Below are positions 10,331 to 20,274 of a DNA stretch of 64,000 nucleotides, piece by piece. Origin of the DNA: Acidobacteriota bacterium (GTDB lineage: Bacteria; Acidobacteriota; UBA6911; RPQK01; JAJDTT01); contig CBDCJH010000002.1 in assembly GCA_965217775.1 (NCBI GenBank), positions 6,144,001 through 6,208,000 of the forward strand, read 5' to 3'. Below the pieces are notes generated by a model. The model was given only the letters and a program-made list of their open reading frames with translations. It ran no database searches and was not told where the DNA came from. Numbering within the stretch: position 1 is the stretch's first letter; every line of letters starts with the position of its first letter. The translations under genes and the position numbers were made by a program.

Positions 10331-10905
10331 CAGAAGATGAAAACCGGAGTCCCCAACGGGGCCAAGTCCACGAGCTTGTTCAGATCGGGTTCGGACAGAC
10401 GGATGCAACCGTGGGTCACGTTCTGTCCCAGAAGCCGGGTGTACAGCGTCCCGTGGATGTAGTAGCCGTCTCCGATTCCCAGGGCGAAACTTCCCAGTAC
10501 CCCGTATTCCATCCGATCGCCGTCTCGCGCGGGTAGGGGCTCACCTACTTCCACGAATGCCCAGTCCGGTTTGCGCCAGACCGGGAACTCGGTCACGTAC
10601 TCGATCTTGAATTCACCCCGGGGAGTATCGAAGGTCCACTCCCGGTCGCCGACGATCAGGCGATGTCCACTGCCGGTTGCGCACAGTGCATCGAGGAGGA
10701 CCCGCTGCCCGCGACGGACATAGAGGCGGTTTTCCGCCGTGTCGATGAGAATTATGCGCCCTCGCGGCGGGTTTTCCCCGGATTTGGAAAGATTCCGCTT
10801 TGCCGGGGCGGGGCTGGCGCCGTACGCTTCGAACCGGCTCTCGGGGCTGGAAAAGGCGGAAGCCCCCAAGATGACGGCGCCAAGCAGGAGAACGGCTCGG
10901 TTCAG
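10330..10905 (-). CDS. L,D-transpeptidase (YkuD family)
   Basis: ILIDTAENRLYV, TPRGEF, YYIHGT...THGCIRL catalytic motif, GTPVFIF end; start uncertain (CTG 10905 gives a full signal peptide, TTG 10869 does not). Confidence 0.88.
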   Translation of the reverse strand: MNRAVLLLGAVILGASAFSSPESRFEAYGASPAPAKRNLSKSGENPPRGRIILIDTAENRLYVRRGQRVLLDALCATGSGHRLIVGDREWTFDTPRGEFKIEYVTEFPVWRKPDWAFVEVGEPLPARDGDRMEYGVLGSFALGIGDGYYIHGTLYTRLLGQNVTHGCIRLSEPDLNKLVDLAPLGTPVFIF

Positions 10906-11501
10906 CGTCGCCTTCTCTGCTGAATGGCCCGTTCAATCTCGGAGCTGACTCCGTCCGCCTTCCGCTTGACTGCGCCGAATTGATTCAAGGCGTCCATGTA
11001 CTTGCCCGCTTCGTAGGCCTGCTGCGCGCCTGCCAGCATGGCTTCGGCCGAGGCCACGTCGCCCTCCAGGGCGGCCAAGCTCTCGCGGGCTCCCTTGCCC
11101 CATCGCGGCGCCTTGCGCAGCATGGCCTGGGCGTTTTTGATGGCGGCCTGAGCCGCTTCGTTGGCCGCCTCGGCCTGACCCTTGACCTTGATCTTGTTCT
11201 CACCGGCCGCCGCGGTTGCGGCTTCAGCCTCGGAGGTGGCCCGGCTCACAAGCTCTCTGGCCTGATCGTAGCTGCGGGTCAGGGCGAAACTTCCGTCCTG
11301 CACCGCGATCTCGGCTTCGGCCTCCTTCAGCGTCGCCGACGCCTTGCCGAACTCATCCGGCGCGTAGATTGCGGCCTCCGCGGCCCGCGCCGCGTCCAGA
11401 GCCTGGCGCGCCGCGTCGAGTTCCGATGCCGGCGGGCTGTCGCAACCCGTGAGAAGCACCAGCAATGCGGCGCAAGACGAGAACAGGAGAACTCTCCTCA
11501 T
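10902..11501 (-). CDS. Alanine-rich helical lipoprotein (DUF4398-like)
   Basis: GGAGG SD + ATG 11501; lipobox LTGC; AAEAAIYAPDEF..A..L..AE pattern. Confidence 0.8.
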   Translation of the reverse strand: MRRVLLFSSCAALLVLLTGCDSPPASELDAARQALDAARAAEAAIYAPDEFGKASATLKEAEAEIAVQDGSFALTRSYDQARELVSRATSEAEAATAAAGENKIKVKGQAEAANEAAQAAIKNAQAMLRKAPRWGKGARESLAALEGDVASAEAMLAGAQQAYEAGKYMDALNQFGAVKRKADGVSSEIERAIQQRRRR

Positions 11502-11659
11502 GTGACCTCCTTCAGACCGTTCCGAGTCTGTTCGTGAGAATGGGAAATACGCGTTGGGCAATAATTGGTCCATGTTAGCATGTTTGCCTCCGGACCTGGA
11601 ACCGGGGATTTCTTCGTGAATTCCCGAACTTGGCCGGAATCAGCCGGAGCAGGCATTCC

Positions 11660-12862
11660 ATGACCCAGCGACTCTATCACCAGGACTCCTTTCTCAAGAG
11701 TTTTCGGGGGCGCGTCACCGGTGTCGGCCGGTGGAAGGGGAAACCAGCCGTGGAGCTGGACCGGAGTTGTTTCTATCCCGCCTCCGGAGGGCAGCCTTCG
11801 GACCGCGGTCTCTTGGAGGGACTGCCGGTCGTAGATATGACGGACACAGGCGGCCGGCTGTTGCACGTGTTGGAGTGGGGGGACTTGGCGGAAGGTCAGG
11901 AGGTGGATGGCCGCCTCGACTGGGAGCGGCGCTTCGACCACATGCAGCAGCATACGGGCCAGCACATACTCTCCCAGGCCTTCATTCAGGTTTTGGATTG
12001 GGATACGGTCTCCTTTCACCTCGGGCGGGAGCTGTGCACCATAGATCTGACCGGAGACGCGCTGACCCCGGAACTGATCTACGAGGTGGAAGACGTGGCC
12101 AATCGCATCATCATCGAATGCCGGCCCGTCCGCGTGCATCTGGTTGACGCGCGCCGCCAGAGTGAGTTCCCCCTCCGCAAGCCCTCCAACCGCAAGGGCA
12201 CGTTGCGGATCGTTGAGATCTCCGATTTCGATTTCTCCGCCTGCGGTGGAACCCATTGCCGTTCGGCGGGGGAAGTCGGTCTCATCAAGATCCGCCGCTG
12301 GGAGCGGGCGAAGAAACGGGTGCGGATCGAGTTCTACTGCGGCGGAAGAGCCCTCCGGGACTACCGCTGGAAGAACCGGGCCGTCTATCGGCTCTCCCGC
12401 CTCTTTTCCCGGCCCGACCGGGAAGTGGTGGAGGCCGCCATGGAGCACCTGGAGCGGGAAGAAGGGTTGCGCAAGAAGCTGGTGGAGGTTCAGGATCGCT
12501 ACCTGGAAGCGGAGGCCGCCCGGCTGCTGGAAGGCACTCCGGAAGTGCGGGGGATTCGAGTGGTCCGGCGGGTCTTGACCGGGATCGATATGGGGGCGCT
12601 GCGGGAGCTGGGCCGCAAACTGGTCCAGGACGGGGAAAAGAGGTTGGCTCTTCTGGGGTTGGCAGGCGAATCTCCGGCTCTCGTCTTTGCCCGGTCGGAG
12701 GACCTGCCCTGGCACATGGGCGACTGGATTCGGAGAGCCGCACCCTTGATCGCGGGCCGAGGCGGCGGCAGTCCCCGCCACGCTCAGGCCCGGGGCTCAC
12801 GGTCCGAAGGATTGGAAGCGGCTCTCGATGACGCTTTGAACCACGTTCGCGAGGAGGACTGA
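11660..12862 (+). CDS. Alanyl-tRNA editing protein (AlaX-type with C-terminal DHHA1 domain)
   Basis: FYPASGGQPSDRG, HMQQHTGQHILS (HxxxH), ACGGTH (CxxxH), GRGGGSP..AQA. Confidence 0.92.
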   Translation: MTQRLYHQDSFLKSFRGRVTGVGRWKGKPAVELDRSCFYPASGGQPSDRGLLEGLPVVDMTDTGGRLLHVLEWGDLAEGQEVDGRLDWERRFDHMQQHTGQHILSQAFIQVLDWDTVSFHLGRELCTIDLTGDALTPELIYEVEDVANRIIIECRPVRVHLVDARRQSEFPLRKPSNRKGTLRIVEISDFDFSACGGTHCRSAGEVGLIKIRRWERAKKRVRIEFYCGGRALRDYRWKNRAVYRLSRLFSRPDREVVEAAMEHLEREEGLRKKLVEVQDRYLEAEAARLLEGTPEVRGIRVVRRVLTGIDMGALRELGRKLVQDGEKRLALLGLAGESPALVFARSEDLPWHMGDWIRRAAPLIAGRGGGSPRHAQARGSRSEGLEAALDDALNHVREED

Positions 12863-14376
12863 TGCTCCGTTCCCGGATTCCCGCCTTTCTGATTCTCCCT
12901 GCGCTGCTCTGGTCCTGCTCCGAGCCGGGTCCCGTGTCTCCCGCCGTCCTGGAGATCGGATTGCAACCCCAGGTGCTGGTGGACGATTTCATCCTGGAGC
13001 GAACCGAGGCTCTCAGGCGACGCGTCAATCCCCTGGAAAAGCATGCGGCCAACCCGGTGTTGAGTTCTCGGCGGCCGTGGGAAGGACGGTCCGCCTTGCC
13101 GACCACCGTCCTCTTCGATGACGCGGACCGGCGCTTCAAGATGTGGTACCAGTGCCGGGACGAGCTTTCGAGTTCCCGCCGGAGCCGGGATCGCTGGGCC
13201 TACGCCGTTTCCAGCGACGGCATCACCTGGGAAAAACCAAACCTCGGACTCGCTTCCTTCGCCGGCTCCCGCCGTAACAATTTGATTCCCTATCCGGTCA
13301 GCCGGGTGTTACTGGATTTCACGGAGACCGATCCCGAACGCCGCTTCAAGGCCTTGGCATACGACCGGATCAACGAGGATGGACCGGCCGGCATCTTGGT
13401 CGGGTTTTCTCCCGACGGTCTTCGTTGGAGCCTGCAGTCGCCGAGTCCCCTCCTCGCCGAGACCAGGGGCCAAGGGACGCACGCCGGAATCGGCGACACT
13501 CATACGGTCTTGGGCTGGGATGAACGCTGGGACAGGTATGTTGCCTTCATGCGACCCAGCCGCCGTTTTCGGGACATCGGCCTCTCCCACAGCACCGACT
13601 TCACGGACTGGCGCCTTCCCACGCCGGTGCTGACCCCAGACCCAAACGATCCGCCGGGAACCCAATTCTGCGAGATGGGGGTGTTTCGGGATCGCGGCGT
13701 CTATTGGGGACTGCTCTCGGTCTACCATCCCAACTCGCTCATGGTGGACGTGCAGTTGGCCTTCAGCCGCGACGGGGTCGGCTGGCGACGCGTCGGGCGG
13801 CGGCATCCCATTCTCACTTACGGGCTTCCGGACCGGTTCGACTCCCATCAACTGAGGGCCCTCGATCCGCTGGTGGTGGGCGATGAAATTCGGGTCTACT
13901 ATGCCGCCGAGAACGAGCCGCATGCCCTCACTTCCCAGGACGCGACTCTCCTGACCCATGCCGTGGCCGCCGCGTCCGAGACACCCCCCGAGCAGGGTTG
14001 GGTCCGGAAGGGGCGCGGGTTCGGAGGTTTGGCCCGATGCCGGCGGGACGGATTCGTCTCGCTGGACAGCGGCTCGTCTCTGGGGTCCCTGCTGACCAAG
14101 CCCTTCACCTGCCGGGGAGACCGGATTCTGGTCAACGCAGACGCGGGTCGAGGGGAGATCCGGGTGGAGATACTGAATGCCGAGGGACGGCCTCTGGAGG
14201 GTTTCGCCGAGGCCGATGCAGATCCCATCCAGGGAGATTCCCTGCGCCACGTCGCTGGTTGGAGAGGCAATTCAGACCTTTCTTCTCTGACGGGCAGGGC
14301 CATCCGGCTCCGGATCCATATGACCAATTCCAAGCTTTACTCCTTCACCATCGGCGAATCCGGGAGGCCGGAATGA
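12862..14376 (+). CDS. Secreted/lipoprotein glycoside-hydrolase-like beta-propeller protein
   Basis: LWSC lipobox-like; Asp-box-like SSDGITWEKPNLG, SRDGVGW, RRDGFVS, KLYSF; paralogue of 28764-30305. Confidence 0.75.
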   Translation: MLRSRIPAFLILPALLWSCSEPGPVSPAVLEIGLQPQVLVDDFILERTEALRRRVNPLEKHAANPVLSSRRPWEGRSALPTTVLFDDADRRFKMWYQCRDELSSSRRSRDRWAYAVSSDGITWEKPNLGLASFAGSRRNNLIPYPVSRVLLDFTETDPERRFKALAYDRINEDGPAGILVGFSPDGLRWSLQSPSPLLAETRGQGTHAGIGDTHTVLGWDERWDRYVAFMRPSRRFRDIGLSHSTDFTDWRLPTPVLTPDPNDPPGTQFCEMGVFRDRGVYWGLLSVYHPNSLMVDVQLAFSRDGVGWRRVGRRHPILTYGLPDRFDSHQLRALDPLVVGDEIRVYYAAENEPHALTSQDATLLTHAVAAASETPPEQGWVRKGRGFGGLARCRRDGFVSLDSGSSLGSLLTKPFTCRGDRILVNADAGRGEIRVEILNAEGRPLEGFAEADADPIQGDSLRHVAGWRGNSDLSSLTGRAIRLRIHMTNSKLYSFTIGESGRPE

Positions 14377-16124
14377 GACGATTCCTTCTACTCTGGATCC
14401 CCGGTGCGCTCCTCACTGTCTCCTGCGGCCAGGCGCCCACCGTGACCACGGGAGAGGCGACTCCCCTGGGTCTGGGCGCCCTGAGCCTGAACGGTGAGAT
14501 TCATCCCAATGGGATCTACACCACCTACCATTTCGAGTACGGACCGACGCCTTCGTTCGGATTCAAGACCCGGGAACGGCCGTTGCCGCCGCGCCTGGCG
14601 GCCCATTACCGGGAGACCTGGGATGAGGACACCGGGGGCTGGGGCAGTTGGACTCAGGAGCATATCCATCATCCCGAGGGAGGAGCTTCGGGGGGGTATA
14701 TCGAGTGGCGCGAGCCGGCGACCAACAACGATTTCAACCACATGGCCGCCGACGTGCTGCACCTGGTGAAATTCCTCCGGACCGGGCTGCTCCCCCAATG
14801 GAGACAGGAGGGCAACGCCACCCTGGGCGGAGCGGATCCCGATCTCCGGGATGCCCGCGTCTCCATCTGGGTCCGGGGAGACGGGTGGGAGCCCAGGGGC
14901 TCGGAGTTGACGTGGTGGCTGCAGAGCCAGAGCAACCCGGGAATGGGGGACCAGGTGGGTTGGCGGCGGGCCAACTGGGCCTACAGCGGCACCACCCTGA
15001 CCGACGAGCTCATGGACGGTGAGTGGCACCATGTCGTGTACCGCCTCGAGAACGACACCCACAAGTGGACCTACGGCGGAAAGAACATCGGCCAGGGCCG
15101 TGCGTCCGAGCGCTACGAGTACTGGTCCATCGAACAGGCCCTGGGGCACAACAACAATAATTTCTTTCACCTCCTGTCTTTCATAGATCCCCAGAACCTT
15201 CCGGTCGGCGCCCTTCACTTCGACGAGTTCGAGCTGACTTACCGCAACGAGTCCCTGCTCTTTGAAAGCAACGGCGGCCGCTTGATCCGTTGGCCGGACA
15301 GCGGTAACGACGACCCGTCCACCCTGACGGACGGGTGGCGCCACGGCGAGGGGAAGATGTGGCGCAGCGGGCAGGATCCGTCCGAGCCCTTGGAGTTCGT
15401 CTACGAGTTTCAGGATCCGGTGACCATCGAGACGGTTCAGGTGCACCAGAATCCCGAGTGGCCGAGCCGGGACCTGGAGATGTCGGTTTCGACGGACGGA
15501 GATTCGTTCACGCCGCTCAGCCTCTTGGCACTGCCCGAAACAGGCGTGCCCAATGCCAACTTCGCCTTCGACCTGGAGACCGGGCTCTCGGTACGGGCCG
15601 GATTTATGAAGGTCCGAGTGCTGTCCGGCTACCATTCGCGGCACTGGGGCCTGGGAGAGATCGAGGTCTTCGGAAGCGGCGCCAGAATGCTTCCCGACGA
15701 CGACCTCTACCACGTGAACCAGGATGTGTGGGACCTGCGGCCGGGCGCCACCATTCACTACCGGTTGGTGGCCACGGGAGCCGAAGGCGTCGCCCGGGGC
15801 GAGACCAGGAGCTTCACCCTTTCCCCGGATCGGCGGCCCCACGTCCGGGCGCTGGAGCCGCTTCGCTCGACTCCGGCCACCGCCCGGCTACAGGGGAGGC
15901 TGTCGCCCATGGGGCTTCTTACCTATTACCACTTCGAATACGGGCCCGATCCCGGGCTGGGAAGCAGGACTCCCCTGCGCTATGCCGGAGCCGAGATCAC
16001 CCCCCGGTCCATCTTCACCGACCTGGACGGGTTGCAGCCCAGAACCCGCTACCATTACCGGCTGGTGGGTATCAACGAAGAGGGCGTGGTCCGGAGCGAA
16101 ACCGTGTCGTTTCTGACGCGTTGA
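14373..16124 (+). CDS. Lipoprotein with fibronectin type III-like and discoidin (F5/8 type C)-like domains
   Basis: ATGA overlap; lipobox VSC; two YHFEYG...HYRLV FN3-like motif sets; WGLGEIEVFG discoidin end. Confidence 0.72.
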   Translation: MRRFLLLWIPGALLTVSCGQAPTVTTGEATPLGLGALSLNGEIHPNGIYTTYHFEYGPTPSFGFKTRERPLPPRLAAHYRETWDEDTGGWGSWTQEHIHHPEGGASGGYIEWREPATNNDFNHMAADVLHLVKFLRTGLLPQWRQEGNATLGGADPDLRDARVSIWVRGDGWEPRGSELTWWLQSQSNPGMGDQVGWRRANWAYSGTTLTDELMDGEWHHVVYRLENDTHKWTYGGKNIGQGRASERYEYWSIEQALGHNNNNFFHLLSFIDPQNLPVGALHFDEFELTYRNESLLFESNGGRLIRWPDSGNDDPSTLTDGWRHGEGKMWRSGQDPSEPLEFVYEFQDPVTIETVQVHQNPEWPSRDLEMSVSTDGDSFTPLSLLALPETGVPNANFAFDLETGLSVRAGFMKVRVLSGYHSRHWGLGEIEVFGSGARMLPDDDLYHVNQDVWDLRPGATIHYRLVATGAEGVARGETRSFTLSPDRRPHVRALEPLRSTPATARLQGRLSPMGLLTYYHFEYGPDPGLGSRTPLRYAGAEITPRSIFTDLDGLQPRTRYHYRLVGINEEGVVRSETVSFLTR

Positions 16125-16227
16125 AGGGGAAGAGGCGGAAGAACGTGAAGTTTGGGGTTCCGAATTTCGTAATCCGGAGCCGTGTGATTCCTTCCGGCTG
16201 TCGGCTGCCTCAGGCGGGAGCCTCCCA

Positions 16228-17181
16228 ATGAACCCGGCTGAGTTCGTGGAGGCCCGGGAGCGACTGTCGACGGTTGCCCGGGTGACCCCACTGGTCCAGT
16301 CCAAGTTCGATCCCGGGCTCCACTTCAAGACCGAGAACCTCCAGGTGACCGGCTCCTTCAAGATCCGGGCCGCCTACAACCAGATGGTTCAGCTCGACCC
16401 GGAACAGCGGGATCGGGGCATCGTCACCTCCAGCTCCGGGAATTTCGCCCAGGCGGTGGCCTACGCCGCCAAGATGTTGGGCCTCTCGGCCAAGATCGTG
16501 ATGATGGAGAACTCCAACCCCATGAAGGTGTCGGGCACTCGGCGCTGGGGCGGCGAGGTGGTCTTCTGCGAGAGCCGCTTCGAGGCCCGGGACCGCACCG
16601 TAGAGCGGATCCGCGAGGAAGAGGGCCGCAGCACGGTGCACCCTTACGATCACTCTGCCGCCGTGGCGGGAAACGGCACCGCCGGACTGGAGATAGTGGA
16701 GCAACTGGACCAGGTCGAGAACGTCGTCGTTCCCATCAGCGGCGGCGGGCTCATCAGCGGAATCGCCATGGCCGTCAAGGAACGGAAACCTTCGGTCAAG
16801 GTGTGGGGCGTTCAACCGCGGGGCTCCAACGCCACGTATCTCTCCTTCCGGAAGCAGGAGCCGGTGGCCCTGGACCGGGCCGACACCGTGGCGGACGGCC
16901 TCACCGTCACCCGCCCCGGGAGCCTGACCTTCCCCCTGATTCTCCGCTATGTGGACGGCGTGGAAATGGTGGAGGAAGACTCGATCCTATACAGTGTGGG
17001 GCATCTCATGAGAGAGGAGAAATTGGTGGTGGAACCCTCCGGCGCCGTTCCCCTGGCCGCGATTCTGGAAGGCAAGGTCCCCCTGCGAAACACGGTTCTG
17101 GTTCTGAGCGGGGGAAACATGGGGCAGGAGATCATGAACCGGTCTCTCGGCCTCTTCTCCGAGGGAAGGAGTCCAAAATGA
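16228..17181 (+). CDS. PLP-dependent threonine/serine dehydratase family protein (no regulatory domain)
   Basis: KTENLQVTGSFKIR, SSGN, PISGGGLISG, VVEPSGA, LSGGN. Confidence 0.9.
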   Translation: MNPAEFVEARERLSTVARVTPLVQSKFDPGLHFKTENLQVTGSFKIRAAYNQMVQLDPEQRDRGIVTSSSGNFAQAVAYAAKMLGLSAKIVMMENSNPMKVSGTRRWGGEVVFCESRFEARDRTVERIREEEGRSTVHPYDHSAAVAGNGTAGLEIVEQLDQVENVVVPISGGGLISGIAMAVKERKPSVKVWGVQPRGSNATYLSFRKQEPVALDRADTVADGLTVTRPGSLTFPLILRYVDGVEMVEEDSILYSVGHLMREEKLVVEPSGAVPLAAILEGKVPLRNTVLVLSGGNMGQEIMNRSLGLFSEGRSPK

Positions 17182-18305
17182 AGATCAGATCCGGTCGAAC
17201 GTCGCACGTCTGGCTGCGTCCGGGTGCCTTTGTCCTGGGAGTCGTCTCCTGCCTCGCGGGGGGAGTCTCTGCCCAGGAGGCCTTCGTCATGGACGAGTTG
17301 CAGGCGGAACGGGTGGTGGTGGCGCCCGGCGGCTATTTCCCGCGCATGGAGATTCTTAAGAACGGCGACCTGCTGGTCTCGGTGAAGGCGGGCGCCGCTC
17401 ACGTCGGCAAGACGGGGCGCGCCGACATCGTCCGCTCCACCGACGGAGGCCGCACCTGGGGCAAGCCGGTGACCGTGTTCGACCTGCCCGGCCGGGACGA
17501 CGCCATCGACGCCATGGGACGCCTCTCGGACGGAACCCTGATCGCCGGCATCGTGTCCTATTCCTGGGCGGGTGAGCGCTATACCGGTGAGGGATGGAGC
17601 GCGGACACCTGGGTGATCCGGTCGTCCGACCACGGGTTCACCTGGAGCGAGCCGGTCAAGCTCGAAGCCACGCCCCACGATTGGCTCTACCCCTTCGGGC
17701 GCCCCGTGGAACTGGAGGATGGGACGGTTCTCTTGTCCGGATACGGTTCGGCTCTTCCCAGGGACCGCAAGACGCCGACCACCTCCTTCGTGGTCCGGTC
17801 CCGGGACGGCGGCAAGACGTGGGGCGAGTACGTCCCGGTGGCCAGCCGTTTCGACGAGCTCTGCATTGCCCGGCTGCCCTCGGGGAAGCTGGTCGCCGCC
17901 CTGCGTGAGACCGGGGGCTCGGCCTCCCTCTCCTTCTCCTCCGACGGCGGCCGGACCTGGAGCGAAACGCGCCGCTTGACCGAGGCGGCGGAGCATCCCG
18001 CGGACCTGCTGGTGCTGGCCGACGGAAGACTGCTGATCTCCTTCGGCGTGCGCCATCAGCCCTACGGCGTCCAAGCCATGCTCAGCCGGGACGGAGGCGA
18101 GACCTGGTCCAAGCAGAAGAGGATCCTGTTGGCGTGGGACGGAGACCACGGTGACCTGGGTTACCCGGTCTCCATTCAGAGGCCCGACGGCAGAATCGTC
18201 ACCGCCTACTACATAGTCTACGGTGAACGGGACTCCTGGGGAGACAAAGGGGTCGCCATGAAGAACTCCTTCACCAAGGCGGTCATCTGGTCGCCGCCCC
18301 GATGA
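17178..18305 (+). CDS. Sialidase/BNR (Asp-box) family secreted protein
   Basis: ATGA overlap; signal peptide; five SxDxGxTW boxes; DLGYP. Confidence 0.85.
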   Translation: MKIRSGRTSHVWLRPGAFVLGVVSCLAGGVSAQEAFVMDELQAERVVVAPGGYFPRMEILKNGDLLVSVKAGAAHVGKTGRADIVRSTDGGRTWGKPVTVFDLPGRDDAIDAMGRLSDGTLIAGIVSYSWAGERYTGEGWSADTWVIRSSDHGFTWSEPVKLEATPHDWLYPFGRPVELEDGTVLLSGYGSALPRDRKTPTTSFVVRSRDGGKTWGEYVPVASRFDELCIARLPSGKLVAALRETGGSASLSFSSDGGRTWSETRRLTEAAEHPADLLVLADGRLLISFGVRHQPYGVQAMLSRDGGETWSKQKRILLAWDGDHGDLGYPVSIQRPDGRIVTAYYIVYGERDSWGDKGVAMKNSFTKAVIWSPPR

Positions 18306-20128
18306 GCCGAGCCCGGAGAACCCGGTCCCGAGCCGCCCGGAGGCGGCAGCCGCCACGCCCAACAAGCCGTTTCGACACGTCCCGACTGTTTCCCCTACTA
18401 CTTTTCCTGGTAGTGCTGGGGGTCTACGCCCCATCGGCGGTCAACGACTTCGTTTACGACGACAACGAAGTCATCGTCAACCAGAAGGCGCCCACCTCGT
18501 TCGCCGAGGTGGCCGGGATCTTCGGCGAACGCCACTTCCCCAATCTCCCCTATTACCGTCCCGTCACCCGGACCACTCTGCTCCTGCAGAAGACTTTCCA
18601 CGGAGACAACCCGGCCCCGTTTCACCTCTTGAACGCCACCTTCATGGCCCTGGCTGCTCTGGTGGTCTATTTCCTGCTGCGGCTCCCCGTCTTTGGGGTG
18701 GCCCGGACGCCGGCACTCTTGGGTGCGGCCCTCTTCGCGCTGCATCCGATCGCCTCTTCCTGTGTCTATCCCACCGCCTCCGGGCGGGAGACCCTGCTGC
18801 CGTCGCTCTGGACTCTGCTCTCGGTTTACGCGTACCTGCGGCCGGGCAGGAACTGGCGGGCGCTTTCGCTGGTGGCCTTCGCCGGCGCCCTCTTCAGCAA
18901 GGAGCAGGCGGTGGTGATCCCCGCCCTGTTCGTGCTGGCGGACGTTGCGGGAATAGCTCCGGACCCGCCCGGGTGGAAACCGCGCCGTTGGATCGTTCGC
19001 TACCTGCCTCTGTTTCCGATCCTGGCGGGATACTTCTGGATACGGCACCTCCTCTTCGGCGGTACCGAGTACGCCTTCGGCGAACTCTCGGGTCCGCTTC
19101 TCAGCCTGGGCTACGCCTTCCAGACGACGTTCCTTCCCTCCGTCGAACTGGTCTACGAGCCCACCTTGCCGATCTGGCTCTCGTGGCCGCGCTTGATCCT
19201 GTCCTGCCTGGCCGTTGCGGGGTTGCTGGTCCTGGCCCTGCGCCTGGAGTCCCGGCGCCGCCCCGTGCTCCTCTTCTGGACGGGCTGGTTCCTGGTGACC
19301 CTGGCGCCCACCGCCAACATCATCCAACAGGAGGCCAAGTACGACGAGCGCTACCTGTTCCTGGCCTCTCTGGCGCTGATCGCCCTAGCCATGGCTGCGG
19401 TTTTCCAGGGAGAATGGTCAGGCCAGCTCGGCACGACCACGACCGTAGTGGGCCTCCTCCTGGTCGGAATCGCGGGACTCATCAGCTACCACCGGTCCGC
19501 CTATTTCCACGACAACCTGGCCTTCAGCCGCCAGTGGCTCCGGACCGACCCTGATTCGGTCAACGCCCACTACAACCTGGGCTTCGGTCTGGCTCAATTG
19601 GGACGTCATCAGGAGGCGGTGGGGGCCTATGAGCGGGCTCTGGGGATCGAGCCGGACTACGGCTTCGCGCACAACAATCTGGGAAACGCCCTGACCCAGG
19701 TGGGAAGACCTGAGGAGGCGATCGGGCACTTCCGAAAAGCCTTGGAACTCGATCCAGCCTATGCCGAGGCGCACCACAACCTGGCCAACGTCCTGGTGGA
19801 GGAGAACCGGCGCGACGAAGCGATGGAGCATTTACGGGAGGCTGTGCGGCTCCGGCCCGACTTCGCCGAGGCCCAAATGAATCTGGGCAACCTCCTCACC
19901 GAAAAGGGGAACGCCGCGGAGGCGGTCACCCACTACCGCTCGGCCCTGAAACTGAAGCCCGACTTCGCCGAAGCCCACAACAATCTGGCCAACGCGCTGG
20001 TGGCGTTGGGGCGGCTTCGGGAGGCGATCTCGCATTACTCGGAGGCTCTCCGGATCCGTCCCGGCTATCCCGAGGCCCGGCGCAACCGGGAAATAGTATT
20101 GATGGAGTTGACGAGAACCGGAGGTTGA
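18302..20128 (+). CDS. TMTC-like GT-C glycosyltransferase (putative protein O-mannosyltransferase) with TPR repeats
   Basis: FVYDD, YYRPV, LFALHP, SKEQA, ERYLF motifs in a multi-TM N-terminus, followed by AHNNLG-type TPRs. Confidence 0.85.
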   Translation: MSRARRTRSRAARRRQPPRPTSRFDTSRLFPLLLFLVVLGVYAPSAVNDFVYDDNEVIVNQKAPTSFAEVAGIFGERHFPNLPYYRPVTRTTLLLQKTFHGDNPAPFHLLNATFMALAALVVYFLLRLPVFGVARTPALLGAALFALHPIASSCVYPTASGRETLLPSLWTLLSVYAYLRPGRNWRALSLVAFAGALFSKEQAVVIPALFVLADVAGIAPDPPGWKPRRWIVRYLPLFPILAGYFWIRHLLFGGTEYAFGELSGPLLSLGYAFQTTFLPSVELVYEPTLPIWLSWPRLILSCLAVAGLLVLALRLESRRRPVLLFWTGWFLVTLAPTANIIQQEAKYDERYLFLASLALIALAMAAVFQGEWSGQLGTTTTVVGLLLVGIAGLISYHRSAYFHDNLAFSRQWLRTDPDSVNAHYNLGFGLAQLGRHQEAVGAYERALGIEPDYGFAHNNLGNALTQVGRPEEAIGHFRKALELDPAYAEAHHNLANVLVEENRRDEAMEHLREAVRLRPDFAEAQMNLGNLLTEKGNAAEAVTHYRSALKLKPDFAEAHNNLANALVALGRLREAISHYSEALRIRPGYPEARRNREIVLMELTRTGG

Positions 20129-20274
20129 GTCTGCCGCGGGCCGTACGTTCACGGTCGCCCGAGGGGCCGCGGCCAAGGTCGAACGCGAAGACGACTCGTG
20201 CCGCAGGCTGATATCATGGGGGCAACGAAGTCAACGGATTCCCGGGAAACGCCCGATCGAAGGGGAAGAGACAG

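Noticed and set aside
19560-20100. Periodic ~102-bp repeats as a CRISPR or tandem array
   Set aside because: They are TPR-coding repeats within the TMTC-like gene, with no spacer structure and no cas genes
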